From Candidatus Latescibacterota bacterium (GTDB lineage Bacteria > Latescibacterota > UBA2968 > UBA8231), in contig CBDCXV010000010.1 in NCBI GenBank assembly GCA_965223905.1, forward strand, positions 736,001 through 800,000: a DNA stretch of 64,000 nucleotides. The letters are read 5' to 3'. The first letter of the stretch is position 1; every line of letters begins with the position of its first letter. Both the position numbers and the translations under genes were made by a program. The notes below the pieces were generated by a model. That model worked only from the letters and a program-made list of their open reading frames with translations, had not been told where the DNA came from and did no database searches. This document shows, piece by piece, positions 1 to 9,444 of the stretch.

Positions 1-225
1 CAATGGAGGGACGACCACCATCGCGCCGAGGCGATGCGGCTGTGGTGCGAGAAGCGGGGCCTGTCGCTGCTGCAGCTGGCGATTCAGTTCTGCCTGCGCG
101 AGCCGCGCATACACGGGAACCCGATCGGCAGCCTCACCATCGAGCAGCTGGAGATGAACGTGCGCGCCGCGGCCACGACGATCGACGACGGAGTGATCGC
201 CGAGTTCGAACGCGCCGCCCTGTAG
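1..225 (+). CDS. Aldo/keto reductase, C-terminal fragment (runs off the window start)
   Basis: Frame open from base 1; SLLQLAIQFCLREPRIHGNPIGSLTIEQLEMNV resembles the AKR C-terminal QLAL..L......IPG....EQL..N motif. Confidence 0.75.
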   Translation, partial: QWRDDHHRAEAMRLWCEKRGLSLLQLAIQFCLREPRIHGNPIGSLTIEQLEMNVRAAATTIDDGVIAEFERAAL

Positions 226-539
226 CCCCCACCTGAAGTGCCTGCAGTCGCGGACGGGACCTCGTCCGGGGACCCACCTGCGGTTCGACCCGTCTCCTCC
301 GCTGTACGATCTTACCCTCGAGCTGCCGAAGACAGGGCGCGTCCGCGAGATGGGTTGGGTACCCACCAAGAGGAGCGCATTGCTGAACTCGGCTTCAGCG
401 GGCGTTTGCGACCGCGCAATTCCTTTCCCGTCACATCGCCGGAAGGGCTGGCTGCCGAGTGAACGCGGACCGAGACGGGCTTTTTAACGGACTCACCGGC
501 GCAGGCGTCAGCCTGCCAACACACCAAAGAGGAATGACC

Positions 540-1559
540 ATGAAGCTGGCCATGCTGTACGGGCCGCAGGACCTGCATATCGAGGAGCGGGAGCTGGACA
601 CCGCGAACCTCGGGCCCACCGAAATCCACGTGCGCACTCTGATTTCCGCCCTCAAGATCGGGACCGACCGGGGCAACTACGAAGGAGCGGAGCGGGTTCC
701 GGGGGCCCCGGACTACCCGCGCCAAGTCGGCGACAGCAACCTCGGGGTCGTCGAGGCGGTCGGCGAGCAGGTTACGAGGTTCAAGCCCGGCGACCGGGTC
801 GTGTCACGCGTCTGGCACCAGTCGGAGTACGTCGCCGAGGCGGACGGCTCCTGGCAGATCGTCAAGGTGCCGGAAGGCGTCGACCCGGAAGACGCCGTAT
901 GGTCGCAGCTGTACACCCTCAGCGCCCACTGTTACCGCAAGGCCTGGTTCACCCCCGGAGAAACCGTCGCCGTCGTCGGCCTGGGCATCCTCGGCATGGG
1001 GGCGGTGGCGCTGGGACCCTGCTTCGGGGCACGGGTCATCGGCCTGGGCAACAGCCCCGTGCGCATGGACACGGCGCGCAGGATGGGCGCCCACGCCTGC
1101 TTCGCATCGGGCGATCCCGGACTGGCGGAGAAGATCGGCGCCTTCACCGACGGCATCGGGGTCGACCTCGTGATCCTCACCGCCAACCCGTGGCCGGCCC
1201 TGCGCACGTCGCTCGACGTGGTGCGCAGCAACGGCCGCGTCTCCATCGTCAGCCTTCCCGGCCGCGGCGAGCAGCCCCTCGACCACAACCCGCTGGCGAT
1301 GGAGCGCTTCTATATCAAGGGGATCTCGCTGATCGCGGTTTCGGAGCAGAGCGGCTATCTCTTCCCCACCGGCGGGGACCGCTTCGCCTGGCGCACAGCC
1401 TGCGCCCACACCCTGTCGCTGATGGCCGACGGCAGGCTGGAGCCCCGGCACACGATCACGCACCGGCTGAGCTACACAGAAATGAAGACCGCCTACGACA
1501 AGATCTTCAGCCGCGACAAGGACATGCTGGGGGTGATCTTCGACTGGCGCGACGCCTGA
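540..1559 (+). CDS. Zinc-binding/MDR-family dehydrogenase
   Basis: AGAGGA RBS before ATG 540; GroES-like N-domain (G.VEAVGEQVTRFKPGDRV) and Rossmann VVGLGILG. Confidence 0.85.
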   Translation: MKLAMLYGPQDLHIEERELDTANLGPTEIHVRTLISALKIGTDRGNYEGAERVPGAPDYPRQVGDSNLGVVEAVGEQVTRFKPGDRVVSRVWHQSEYVAEADGSWQIVKVPEGVDPEDAVWSQLYTLSAHCYRKAWFTPGETVAVVGLGILGMGAVALGPCFGARVIGLGNSPVRMDTARRMGAHACFASGDPGLAEKIGAFTDGIGVDLVILTANPWPALRTSLDVVRSNGRVSIVSLPGRGEQPLDHNPLAMERFYIKGISLIAVSEQSGYLFPTGGDRFAWRTACAHTLSLMADGRLEPRHTITHRLSYTEMKTAYDKIFSRDKDMLGVIFDWRDA

Positions 1560-1581
1560 GAGGCCTCCGCGCCACATGGCG

Positions 1582-2379
1582 CTACCGGTAGGCGGCCACC
1601 GCCTGCGCCGCCCCGTGACCGATCAGCTCGATCTCGGTCTCCATCTCGAAATAGCGGCAGCCTTTTTCGATCCAGCGCCTGCCTGCCTCCGGACTCGACG
1701 CGGTGGTACCGAAGGCGATGCCGCGCGAGAGGCAGACCTGCAGGACCCTCTCCATCCCTGCGAGCACGTCGGGATGGTCGTAGTCTCCGGGGTGCCCCAT
1801 TTCGATGGCGAAGTCGTAGGGGCCGACGTAGATGACGTCGAGATGGGGGGTTGCTGCGATCTCCTCGACGTTCTCCAGCCCGCACGCCGTCTCGATGTGG
1901 GCGACGACCACGGTCGCCTGGTTGGCCTTGCGCAGCCAGGCGGCGTGATCGTCGGGCAGGGCGTAGTCGGTGTTGCCGTATCCGGGCGCTCCAGCCCGGG
2001 TTCCGAGAGGCGGGAACTTCACGTAGTCGACGACGGCGGCCAGCTGCTCGCGGCTCTCCGTCCTCGGCAGCTGAATTCCCGTTACTCCGGCTTCGAGGAG
2101 ACGCCCTGTCTCGGCGCGGTTGAGCTCCCCGAGCTTCGAGATCGCAGGCAGGCGGTTGTCGCGGGCGGCGAGCACGAAATCGGTCAGCTCGGGGCCGTCG
2201 AAGAGCCCGTGCTCCTTCTCGATGTAGACGAAGTCCATGCCGGCGAGGGCGTACAGCTTGGCGAGCGATGGCCGCAGGTACTCCATCGCCGTCAGGCCGA
2301 GGGAAACCTCTCCCGACTTCAGGCGGCGTTTGAAGCCGCGGCCGAGGGCGGTCGGGTCGGGCTGTCTGGTTCGGGGCAT
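1582..2379 (-). CDS. HpcH/HpaI aldolase family protein
   Basis: DFVYIEKEHG, KFPPLGTRG, VAHIET, IYVGPYDF motifs. Confidence 0.9.
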   Translation of the reverse strand: MPRTRQPDPTALGRGFKRRLKSGEVSLGLTAMEYLRPSLAKLYALAGMDFVYIEKEHGLFDGPELTDFVLAARDNRLPAISKLGELNRAETGRLLEAGVTGIQLPRTESREQLAAVVDYVKFPPLGTRAGAPGYGNTDYALPDDHAAWLRKANQATVVVAHIETACGLENVEEIAATPHLDVIYVGPYDFAIEMGHPGDYDHPDVLAGMERVLQVCLSRGIAFGTTASSPEAGRRWIEKGCRYFEMETEIELIGHGAAQAVAAYR

Positions 2380-2402
2380 CGGTCCTTACTCCAGTGGTCG
2401 GG

Positions 2403-3236
2403 TCAGTACGCTTCCGGCACGAACGTCTGGTCCCCTACCGGTGTGCGCACGTAGCTGTCGTCCTCCTGCATCGGCGGCAACTCGAGCTCGTCGGGCAGCA
2501 CGTTCTTGTAGGAGATCATGCTCAGCAGGTGGGATATGCAGTTGAGGCGGGCGCGGCGCTTGTCGTTGGAGTCGACGACGTACCACGGCGCCTGCTTGAT
2601 GTCGGTATGCCGGAACATGTCGTCCTTTGCCCGCGAGTAGTCGACCCAGCGCCGGCGCGACTCCAGGTCCATGCCGCTGAGCTTCCAGCGCCGGGTCGGG
2701 TCGGAGATACGCCGCCGGAAGCGCCGTTCCTGTTCCTCCTCGGAAACCGAGAACCAGTACTTGATCAGGATGATCCCGGAGCGCACCAGCATGCGCTCGA
2801 ACTCGGGACAGGTGCGGAAGAACTCCTCCACCTCTTCCTCGGTGCAGAACCCCATCACCCTCTCGACGCCGGCGCGGTTGTACCAACTGCGGTCGAACAG
2901 AACCATCTCTCCGGCCGCGGGGAGCTCCTCGACGTAACGTTGGAAGTACCACTGCGTCTTCTGCCGTTCCGTGGGGGTGCCGAGGGCGACGACCCGACAG
3001 ATGCGGGGATTGAGCGACTCGGTGATGCGCCGGATGACGCCCCCCTTACCGGCGGCGTCGCGGCCCTCGAAGACAACGACCACTTTCAGTCCATTCTGGC
3101 GTATCCACTCCTGCAGCTTGGCCAGCTCGACCTGGAGCTTGGCCAGCTCCTTCTCGTAGTACTGGCGGTCCAGGTTCTTTATTTTCTTCCTGCTGGAGGA
3201 ATCGGAGGAGGAATTACCGCCCCTCGCTTTCGCCAT
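2403..3236 (-). CDS. ppk2: Polyphosphate kinase 2
   Basis: FEGRDAAGKGG Walker A, FDRSWYNRAGVERVMGF, W(K)LS.MD motifs. Confidence 0.95.
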   Translation of the reverse strand: MAKARGGNSSSDSSSRKKIKNLDRQYYEKELAKLQVELAKLQEWIRQNGLKVVVVFEGRDAAGKGGVIRRITESLNPRICRVVALGTPTERQKTQWYFQRYVEELPAAGEMVLFDRSWYNRAGVERVMGFCTEEEVEEFFRTCPEFERMLVRSGIILIKYWFSVSEEEQERRFRRRISDPTRRWKLSGMDLESRRRWVDYSRAKDDMFRHTDIKQAPWYVVDSNDKRRARLNCISHLLSMISYKNVLPDELELPPMQEDDSYVRTPVGDQTFVPEAY

Positions 3237-3394
3237 TCTGTCTCCCTATCGAATTCGCGGCCCGACAATTTGGCGCCATCGGGACGCCTCAGCAAGAAAG
3301 ACAGGCGACTTGCCCCGGTACCGGGCATGCCATTAGTTGATGCGCCGGCGCCACACCGAGGCGCCGGGCAGCTCCCGATCCCCCCTTTCGCGCG

Positions 3395-6238
3395 ATGACC
3401 GATTCCCTTACAGCCGGCGGCCCCGCCTCGCCCCGGACTGCCGCTCTCCCCGGCCTCGAAGAAGTGCCCCCGATCCTCTACCTCCTCGACGGGATGGCCC
3501 TGGCGTATCGCGGCTATTTCGCCATGATCAACAACCCGCCGACGACCGCGGCGGGGGTCAACACCGCGGCGCCGTTCGTGTTCACCTCGACGCTGCTGGA
3601 AATCCTCGACAAGTACCACCCGACCCACATCGCCGTCGTCTTCGACGCCCCGGGCCCGACCCACCGCCACGAGGAGTACGCCGAGTACAAGGCGCAGCGC
3701 GAGGCCATGCCGGACGATCTCGGGCAGGCGATGCCGTTCGTTTTCCGGATCTGCGAGGGCTTCCGCATCCCCGTGATCAGGGAGCCGGGGTGGGAGGCCG
3801 ACGACGTCATCGGAACCTTGGCCAAGCGCGCCGAAGCCGCCGGGGCGACGACCTACATGGTGACCCCGGACAAGGACTTCGCCCAGCTGGTCTCGGAGCG
3901 CACCTACCTGTACCGGCCCGGGCGCTCCGGGAGCGGCACCGAGATTCTCGGCGACGCCGAGGTGCGGGAGAAATGGCAGATCGAGTCGGCCGACCAGGTA
4001 CGCGACATCCTCGGACTGATGGGGGACGCGATCGACAACGTTCCCGGTGTTCCGGGGATAGGGCAGAAAACCGCGACCAGGCTGATCCAGGAGTTCGGTT
4101 CGGTCGAGAACCTCCTCGGACGGCTGGAGGAAATCAAAGGAAAACGGCGCGCCGTGCTGGAGGAGCACCGCGAGCAGGCCCTGCTCTCGAAGAAGCTCGT
4201 CACCATCGTCAGGGACGTTCCCGTCCCCGGGTCGCTCCCCGACTTCGAGCGCAAGCCGATCGACGCGGAGATGCTGAAGCAGATCTTCGTCGAGCTCGAG
4301 TTCAACATGTTCGGCAAGCGCCTGTTCGGGGACGGCTTCCACGCGGCGCCGCGGCAGGTGCGGGCCGCTTCGCAGGCTCCCGGGGACAGCGCCCAGCTGG
4401 AAGTTCAGGAGGCAGAGGAGCTCAGGACCATCGCCGACGTCGAGCACGACTACCGCCTGGTGTCCGACCCCGAGGGCCGGGCGGAGCTGATCGCTGCGCT
4501 TCTGGGCAGCTCGAGGGTCAGCATCGATTTAGAGACCACCGGGCTCGACGCCAAATCCTGCGACATCGCCGGTATCGCCGTTGCCCTCGAGTCCCACTCC
4601 GGGTTCTACGTGCCCCTCCCGGAACCTCGCGAGGAAGCCGCCGGGGTGCTGGAGGAATTCCGCCCCGTCCTCGAAAACAGCGAGATCGCCAAGATCGGCC
4701 ACAACCTGAAATTCGACGTTGTCACCCTTCTATGGCACGGCATCGAGGTCCGGGGGAAGCTGTTCGACACCATGGTCGCCGCCTTCCTGGCGGTTCCCGA
4801 CATGCGGCGGAGCCTCGACTACCTGTCGCAGGCCCTGCTCGGGTACCGCCCGATTCCGATTTCCGAGCTGATCGGGGAAAAGGGCTCCGAGCAGCGCAGC
4901 ATCCGCGAGGTGCCGCTCGAGGAGCTCGTCGAGTACTCCGTCGAGGACGCCGACGTCGCCCTGCGGCTCGCAGGCATTCTCGAGGGCCTGCTGGCTGAGA
5001 AGAACCAGGCCGCGGTCTACGAGCAGGTGGAGGCGCCGCTGATCCCGGTGCTCGCCCACATGGAGACCGCCGGCGTCCGCGTCGACGCCCCATCCCTCGA
5101 CCAGCTCTCCGGGGAGATGGAGGCGGATATCGAGGCCGCGGCCCGGCGCATCGAGGAGCTGGCCGGAGAGCCGTTCAACCTCAATTCCCCCAGCCAGCTC
5201 GGCAACATCCTTTTCGACAAGCTCAAGCTCGATCCCCACGCGCGCCGCACCCAGAAATCCAAGCAGTACAAGACCGACGAGCTGGTGCTGACACGGCTGT
5301 CGCACGAGCACGAGATCGCGCGCCAGATTCTCGACTACCGGCTGTGCACGAAGCTGAAGTCGACCTACCTCGACATGCTTCCCGGGGCCATTTTCTCCAG
5401 AACCGGACGCATCCACACCAACTACGAGCAGGCAGTCGCCGCCACCGGCCGCATGCAGTCGAGCGGTCCCAATCTGCAGAACATCCCGATCCGCACCGAA
5501 AGGGGAAGGGAGATCCGCAAGGCCTTCGTCCCCAGCCCCGGCGGCTTCACCCTGCTGTCGGCGGACTACTCGCAGATCGAGCTGCGCATCATCGCCGAGA
5601 TCAGCGGGGACGAGCGCATGACACGGGCCTTCGCCACCGGCGAGGACATCCACACGGTGACGGCCAGCCGCGTCTACGGCGTCCCCCCGGAGATGGTGAC
5701 CGCCGACATGCGGCGCCAGTCGAAGACCGTCAACTTCGGCATCATCTACGGGATCTCCGCCTTCGGTCTGTCCGAGCGCCTCGGATTGCCGCGCAAGCTG
5801 GCAGGGGAAATGATCGAACAGTATTTCGAGGAATACCCGGGGGTCCGGACCTACATGGACGAAACCGTGGAATTCGCGCGCGCCAACGGCTTCGTCGAGA
5901 CCATGATGGGGAGACGCCGCTACCTGAGGGACATCAACTCCCGCAGCGTGGCGGCGCGCAAGGCTGCCGAGCGCAACGCCATCAACTCGCCTATCCAGGG
6001 ATCGGCCGCCGACATGATCAAGATCGCCATGGCGAGGATCCACCGTGAGCAGCAGGAGCGCGGTTGGAAGACGAGGATGCTGCTGCAGGTCCACGACGAG
6101 CTGGTCTTCGACCTCTACCTCGAGGAGGAGGAGGAGGTCAGGGAAGTCGTCGAGGAGGCGATGAAAACGGCGATCCCGCTGAAGGTGCCCGTCGTCGTCG
6201 AGATGGGGATCGGTCCCACCTGGCTCGACGCCCATTGA
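3395..6238 (+). CDS. polA: DNA polymerase I
   Basis: 5'-3' exonuclease (EADDVIG, DNVPGVPGIG), 3'-5' exonuclease (DLETTG) and polymerase motifs (DYSQIELR, KTVNFGIIYG, QVHDEL). Confidence 0.98.
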   Translation: MTDSLTAGGPASPRTAALPGLEEVPPILYLLDGMALAYRGYFAMINNPPTTAAGVNTAAPFVFTSTLLEILDKYHPTHIAVVFDAPGPTHRHEEYAEYKAQREAMPDDLGQAMPFVFRICEGFRIPVIREPGWEADDVIGTLAKRAEAAGATTYMVTPDKDFAQLVSERTYLYRPGRSGSGTEILGDAEVREKWQIESADQVRDILGLMGDAIDNVPGVPGIGQKTATRLIQEFGSVENLLGRLEEIKGKRRAVLEEHREQALLSKKLVTIVRDVPVPGSLPDFERKPIDAEMLKQIFVELEFNMFGKRLFGDGFHAAPRQVRAASQAPGDSAQLEVQEAEELRTIADVEHDYRLVSDPEGRAELIAALLGSSRVSIDLETTGLDAKSCDIAGIAVALESHSGFYVPLPEPREEAAGVLEEFRPVLENSEIAKIGHNLKFDVVTLLWHGIEVRGKLFDTMVAAFLAVPDMRRSLDYLSQALLGYRPIPISELIGEKGSEQRSIREVPLEELVEYSVEDADVALRLAGILEGLLAEKNQAAVYEQVEAPLIPVLAHMETAGVRVDAPSLDQLSGEMEADIEAAARRIEELAGEPFNLNSPSQLGNILFDKLKLDPHARRTQKSKQYKTDELVLTRLSHEHEIARQILDYRLCTKLKSTYLDMLPGAIFSRTGRIHTNYEQAVAATGRMQSSGPNLQNIPIRTERGREIRKAFVPSPGGFTLLSADYSQIELRIIAEISGDERMTRAFATGEDIHTVTASRVYGVPPEMVTADMRRQSKTVNFGIIYGISAFGLSERLGLPRKLAGEMIEQYFEEYPGVRTYMDETVEFARANGFVETMMGRRRYLRDINSRSVAARKAAERNAINSPIQGSAADMIKIAMARIHREQQERGWKTRMLLQVHDELVFDLYLEEEEEVREVVEEAMKTAIPLKVPVVVEMGIGPTWLDAH

Positions 6239-6240
6239 AA

Positions 6241-6384
6241 CCGGCGGTGGATAACCTGTAGAAGCACACCCTTTCCGGGCAGGCTGAGTTGCCTTCGCTC
6301 GCCGGATACCCTGGTTTGACTCGCTCAGGCCCTTGCGTGGCCGGGTTCCCCGGTGGCCGGTTGTTGTAACTGTTTTCGGGACGT
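6241..6384. ncRNA. Candidate structured non-coding RNA (unassigned)
   Basis: Nested pairings in the intergenic region: GGCGGT/ACTGTT, ATAACC/GGTTGT, GGGC-agg-CTGAG/CTCAG-GCCC, plus hairpin GCCGGG-TTC-CCCGGT. Confidence 0.3.
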
Positions 6385-6481
6385 ACATCGGCATCGCGGA
6401 GCTCGGCCGGCAACCCATGCCCGGCCCGGGTCCTGGAAATCCGTCCTCGCGGGACAAACCCTCGAATCAAGGAGCCGCACG

Positions 6482-7333
6482 ATGATCATCGATACCCACA
6501 CCCACTTCTACGACCCTGCCCGTCCTCAGGGAGTGCCCTGGCCGGGGGCCGACGAGGACCTCCTCTACCGCACCGTGCTGCCGGAGCACCACCGCGAGCT
6601 CGCCGTTCCCGAGGGGGTGACCGGAACCGTCGTCGTCGAGGCCAGCGCCTGGCTGGAGGACAACCAGTGGGTGCTCGATCTCGCTGCAGCCGATTCCTGG
6701 ATCGTCGGCCTGGTGGGACACGTCGACCCCGACCGGGACGGGTTCGCAGCCGACATCGACCGCTTCGCCGCCAACCCCCTGTTCCGGGGAATCAGGGTAG
6801 GTGGCGGCTCTTTCGAGGAGATCGAATCCGGCAGCTTCCTGGCCGACATGGAGCTGCTGCCCGCTCGCGACCTGGAGCTCGACGTGCTGATGAACACCGA
6901 CAACTTCGAGGGTCTCTGTTCCCTGGCGGAACGAATGCCGGACCTGCGCATCGTCATCAACCACTTGGCCAGCGTCCCGATCGACGGCAACGCCCCCGAC
7001 TCGCGCTGGGCGGAGTGCATGCAGCGGGCCGGGGCGTTGTCGCAGGTGTACATGAAAGTCTCCGGGCTGGTGGAGCTGGCCGCGGCCAAACCGGCGCCCA
7101 CCGAGCTCGCATACTACGAGCCCACCCTCGACCTGCTCTGGGAGACGTTCGGAGAGGACCGCCTGATTTACGGCAGCAACTGGCCCGTATCCGACGTCGG
7201 GGGGGACTACGGAACCGTGATCGGCCTGGTGCGCAGGTATTTCGAAAGCAAGGGAGAAAGGGCCGCGGCCAAGTACTGGTCGGAGAACGCCAGGGCGGCC
7301 TACAAGTGGGTCGATCGGTCGGCCGAGCCTTAG
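6482..7333 (+). CDS. Amidohydrolase family 2 protein (sugar-lactonase-like)
   Basis: AAGGAG RBS; IIDTHTHFYD, VINHL, MKVSG, RLIYGSNWPV motifs. Confidence 0.9.
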   Translation: MIIDTHTHFYDPARPQGVPWPGADEDLLYRTVLPEHHRELAVPEGVTGTVVVEASAWLEDNQWVLDLAAADSWIVGLVGHVDPDRDGFAADIDRFAANPLFRGIRVGGGSFEEIESGSFLADMELLPARDLELDVLMNTDNFEGLCSLAERMPDLRIVINHLASVPIDGNAPDSRWAECMQRAGALSQVYMKVSGLVELAAAKPAPTELAYYEPTLDLLWETFGEDRLIYGSNWPVSDVGGDYGTVIGLVRRYFESKGERAAAKYWSENARAAYKWVDRSAEP

Positions 7334-7393
7334 CAGCCCGTTGAAAAAGTCCATCCGGGCTGCGGCCTACAGAGCAACTAAATCAACGGGCTG
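7334..7393. mobile_element. MITE-like element / IS-end remnant with 11-bp terminal inverted repeats
   Basis: CAGCCCGTTGA (7334-7344, followed by AAAA) and its exact complement TCAACGGGCTG (7383-7393), starting right after a TAG stop codon. Confidence 0.45.
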
Positions 7394-7491
7394 TTTGTTG
7401 ACCGATCCCGGGGTTTGCCTTTGGTTTGCCGGTCTGCACCTTTGAGACCGGGAGTCCGTTCATGATCAACCATATCACAAGGGAGGGAGAT

Positions 7492-8865
7492 ATGGAATCG
7501 CCTCGCGCCGTACAGGCGTACCGCGGCCGCCGGAGTACCCGCCGGTTGCCAAGCCGGGGGTTCCTCGTTTTCGCCGCCTTGGCCTTGCTTCTGGTGCTGC
7601 CGGGGGCAGCCAGCGCGGACGAGCTCGACTCCGGCGACACTGCGTGGATGCTGACGTCTACGGTGCTGGTCCTGTTCATGACCATCCCGGGGTTGTCACT
7701 TTTCTACGGCGGGCTGGTGCGCACCAAGAACGTGCTGTCCGTCCTGATGCAGTGCTTCGCCATCACCGGCCTGATTTCGATCATCTGGGTCCTGTGGGGC
7801 TACAGCATCGCCTTCGACACCACCGGCATGGAAGCAGGGGTGACCAACTTCGCCTCGTTCGCCGGCGGCCTGTCCAAGGCATTCCTGTCCGGGGTTGGCA
7901 AAGACTCGATGTCCGGCACGATCCCGGAGACGGTTTTCGTCACCTTTCAGATGACCTTCGCCATCATCACCCCGGCCCTGATCGTCGGCGCCTTCGCCGA
8001 GCGCATGAAGTTCACGGCGACCCTGCTGTTCATGGCGATCTGGTCGACGGTCGTGTACGCCCCGGTCTGCCACATGGCGTGGAGCGGCGACGGCTCCTTC
8101 TTCGGCGACCGCGGGGTACTCGATTTCGCCGGGGGCACGGTCGTTCACATCAACGCCGGCGTAGCGGCCCTCGTCGTCGCCCTCGTGATCGGCAAGCGCA
8201 AGGGATACCCCGACAAGGTGATCCCGCCCCACAGTACGGTGCTGACCGTCGTCGGCGCCTCGATGCTGTGGGTCGGCTGGTTCGGCTTCAACGCGGGTAG
8301 CGCGGTGGCCGCGGACGGCGCCGCGGGCATGGCGATGCTGGTGACGCAGGTGGCCACCGCTTCGGCCGCCCTAGGCTGGATGATCGCCGAGTGGATCAAA
8401 CACGGCAAAGCGAGCGTGCTGGGCATGGCCACCGGAGCGGTCGCCGGTCTGGTGGCGATCACCCCTGCCTCCGGCAGCGTCGGCCCGATGGGCGCCATCG
8501 CAATCGGGCTGGCTTCCGGACTCATCTGCTTCTGGGCGGCGACGAGTCTCAAGCAGTCGCTGGGTTACGACGATTCGCTCGATGCCTTCGGCGTGCACGC
8601 GGTAGGGGGTATCGTCGGCGCACTTCTGACCGGCGTCTTCGCCGCGGAGAGCCTCGGAGGCATGGGGCTCGCGAAGGACTCGGTGGGTGGTCAGCTCGGC
8701 GCGCAGATCCTCGGCGTCGTGTTCACCATCGTCTACTGCGCGGTGCTGTCTTACATCATCCTCAAGATCGTGGACGCCATCGTGGGATTGCGCGTTTCCG
8801 ACGAGGACGAGGACCGCGGACTCGATATCTCGCTGCACAACGAGCAGGGATATTACTCGGACTGA
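7492..8865 (+). CDS. amtB: Ammonium transporter
   Basis: GGAGGGAG RBS; FQMTFAIIT, DFAGGTVVHINAG, LWVGWFGFNAGS, DDSLDAFGVH; N-terminal signal-like segment. Confidence 0.97.
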   Translation: MESPRAVQAYRGRRSTRRLPSRGFLVFAALALLLVLPGAASADELDSGDTAWMLTSTVLVLFMTIPGLSLFYGGLVRTKNVLSVLMQCFAITGLISIIWVLWGYSIAFDTTGMEAGVTNFASFAGGLSKAFLSGVGKDSMSGTIPETVFVTFQMTFAIITPALIVGAFAERMKFTATLLFMAIWSTVVYAPVCHMAWSGDGSFFGDRGVLDFAGGTVVHINAGVAALVVALVIGKRKGYPDKVIPPHSTVLTVVGASMLWVGWFGFNAGSAVAADGAAGMAMLVTQVATASAALGWMIAEWIKHGKASVLGMATGAVAGLVAITPASGSVGPMGAIAIGLASGLICFWAATSLKQSLGYDDSLDAFGVHAVGGIVGALLTGVFAAESLGGMGLAKDSVGGQLGAQILGVVFTIVYCAVLSYIILKIVDAIVGLRVSDEDEDRGLDISLHNEQGYYSD

Positions 8866-8982
8866 TCCCGGCGGGGGGCGCTCGCGTGGCCGAGTTCCCC
8901 CCCGGCCGTCACCACCGATAGCACCAACAGGACACCGCTCATTCGCAATTCCACGAGCGACGCAGGAAGGAAGGCACAAAAG

Positions 8983-9321
8983 ATGAAACTGTTGAAATGC
9001 ATCGTCCGGCCGAACGCCCTGGACAAGGTCAAGGAAGCCCTGAGCTCCCTCGGCGTGGTCGGAATGACCGTCAGTGAAGTAAAGGGCTTCGGGCGGCAGA
9101 AAGGTCACCAGGAAGTCTACCGCGGTGCCGAATACCATATCGACTTCACGCCAAAGCTCGAGATCGAGGTGGTCGTCGGCGACGGCACCGCCTCCCAGGC
9201 GATCGACGCCGTCAAGGAAGCCGCGAATACCGGCAACATCGGCGACGGCAAGATTTTCGTCCTGTCGGTCGACGAGGTTGTGCGGATTCGCACCGGGGAG
9301 ACCGGCGAATCGGCCGTGTAG
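8983..9321 (+). CDS. glnK: P-II nitrogen regulatory protein
   Basis: 112 aa; VKGFGRQKG, YRGAEY T-loop, GDGKIFV, RIRTGE; adjacent to amtB. Confidence 0.95.
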   Translation: MKLLKCIVRPNALDKVKEALSSLGVVGMTVSEVKGFGRQKGHQEVYRGAEYHIDFTPKLEIEVVVGDGTASQAIDAVKEAANTGNIGDGKIFVLSVDEVVRIRTGETGESAV

Positions 9322-9344
9322 CAGAAATCGGCCTGCGGATAGTG

Positions 9345-9381
9345 AGAGCGGCTGCATCACCGATGCGGCCGCTCTTTTTTT
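9345..9381 (+). terminator. Rho-independent terminator after glnK
   Basis: AGAGCGGCTGCATC-acc-GATGCGGCCGCTCT stem followed by a T run. Confidence 0.85.
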
Positions 9382-9444
9382 GGGCCCTCCCTCGGCCTAT
9401 CCCGCGGCTCGGGCAGCCTTTATATTCAGCCCCTGACCCCTGAC

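Noticed and set aside
226-305. tRNA-like GGTTCGAC motif (also GATTCGAATC near 20135)
   Set aside because: No cloverleaf, acceptor stem or correctly sized T-loop can be built.
6246-6254. DnaA-box-like TTATCCACC on the minus strand
   Set aside because: Single mismatched box with no cluster or AT-rich unwinding region.
7421-7438. Possible sigma54 promoter upstream of amtB (TGGTTTGCCGGTCTGC)
   Set aside because: GG-to-GC spacing is 11 nt rather than the required 10, and the match to TGGCAC is poor.
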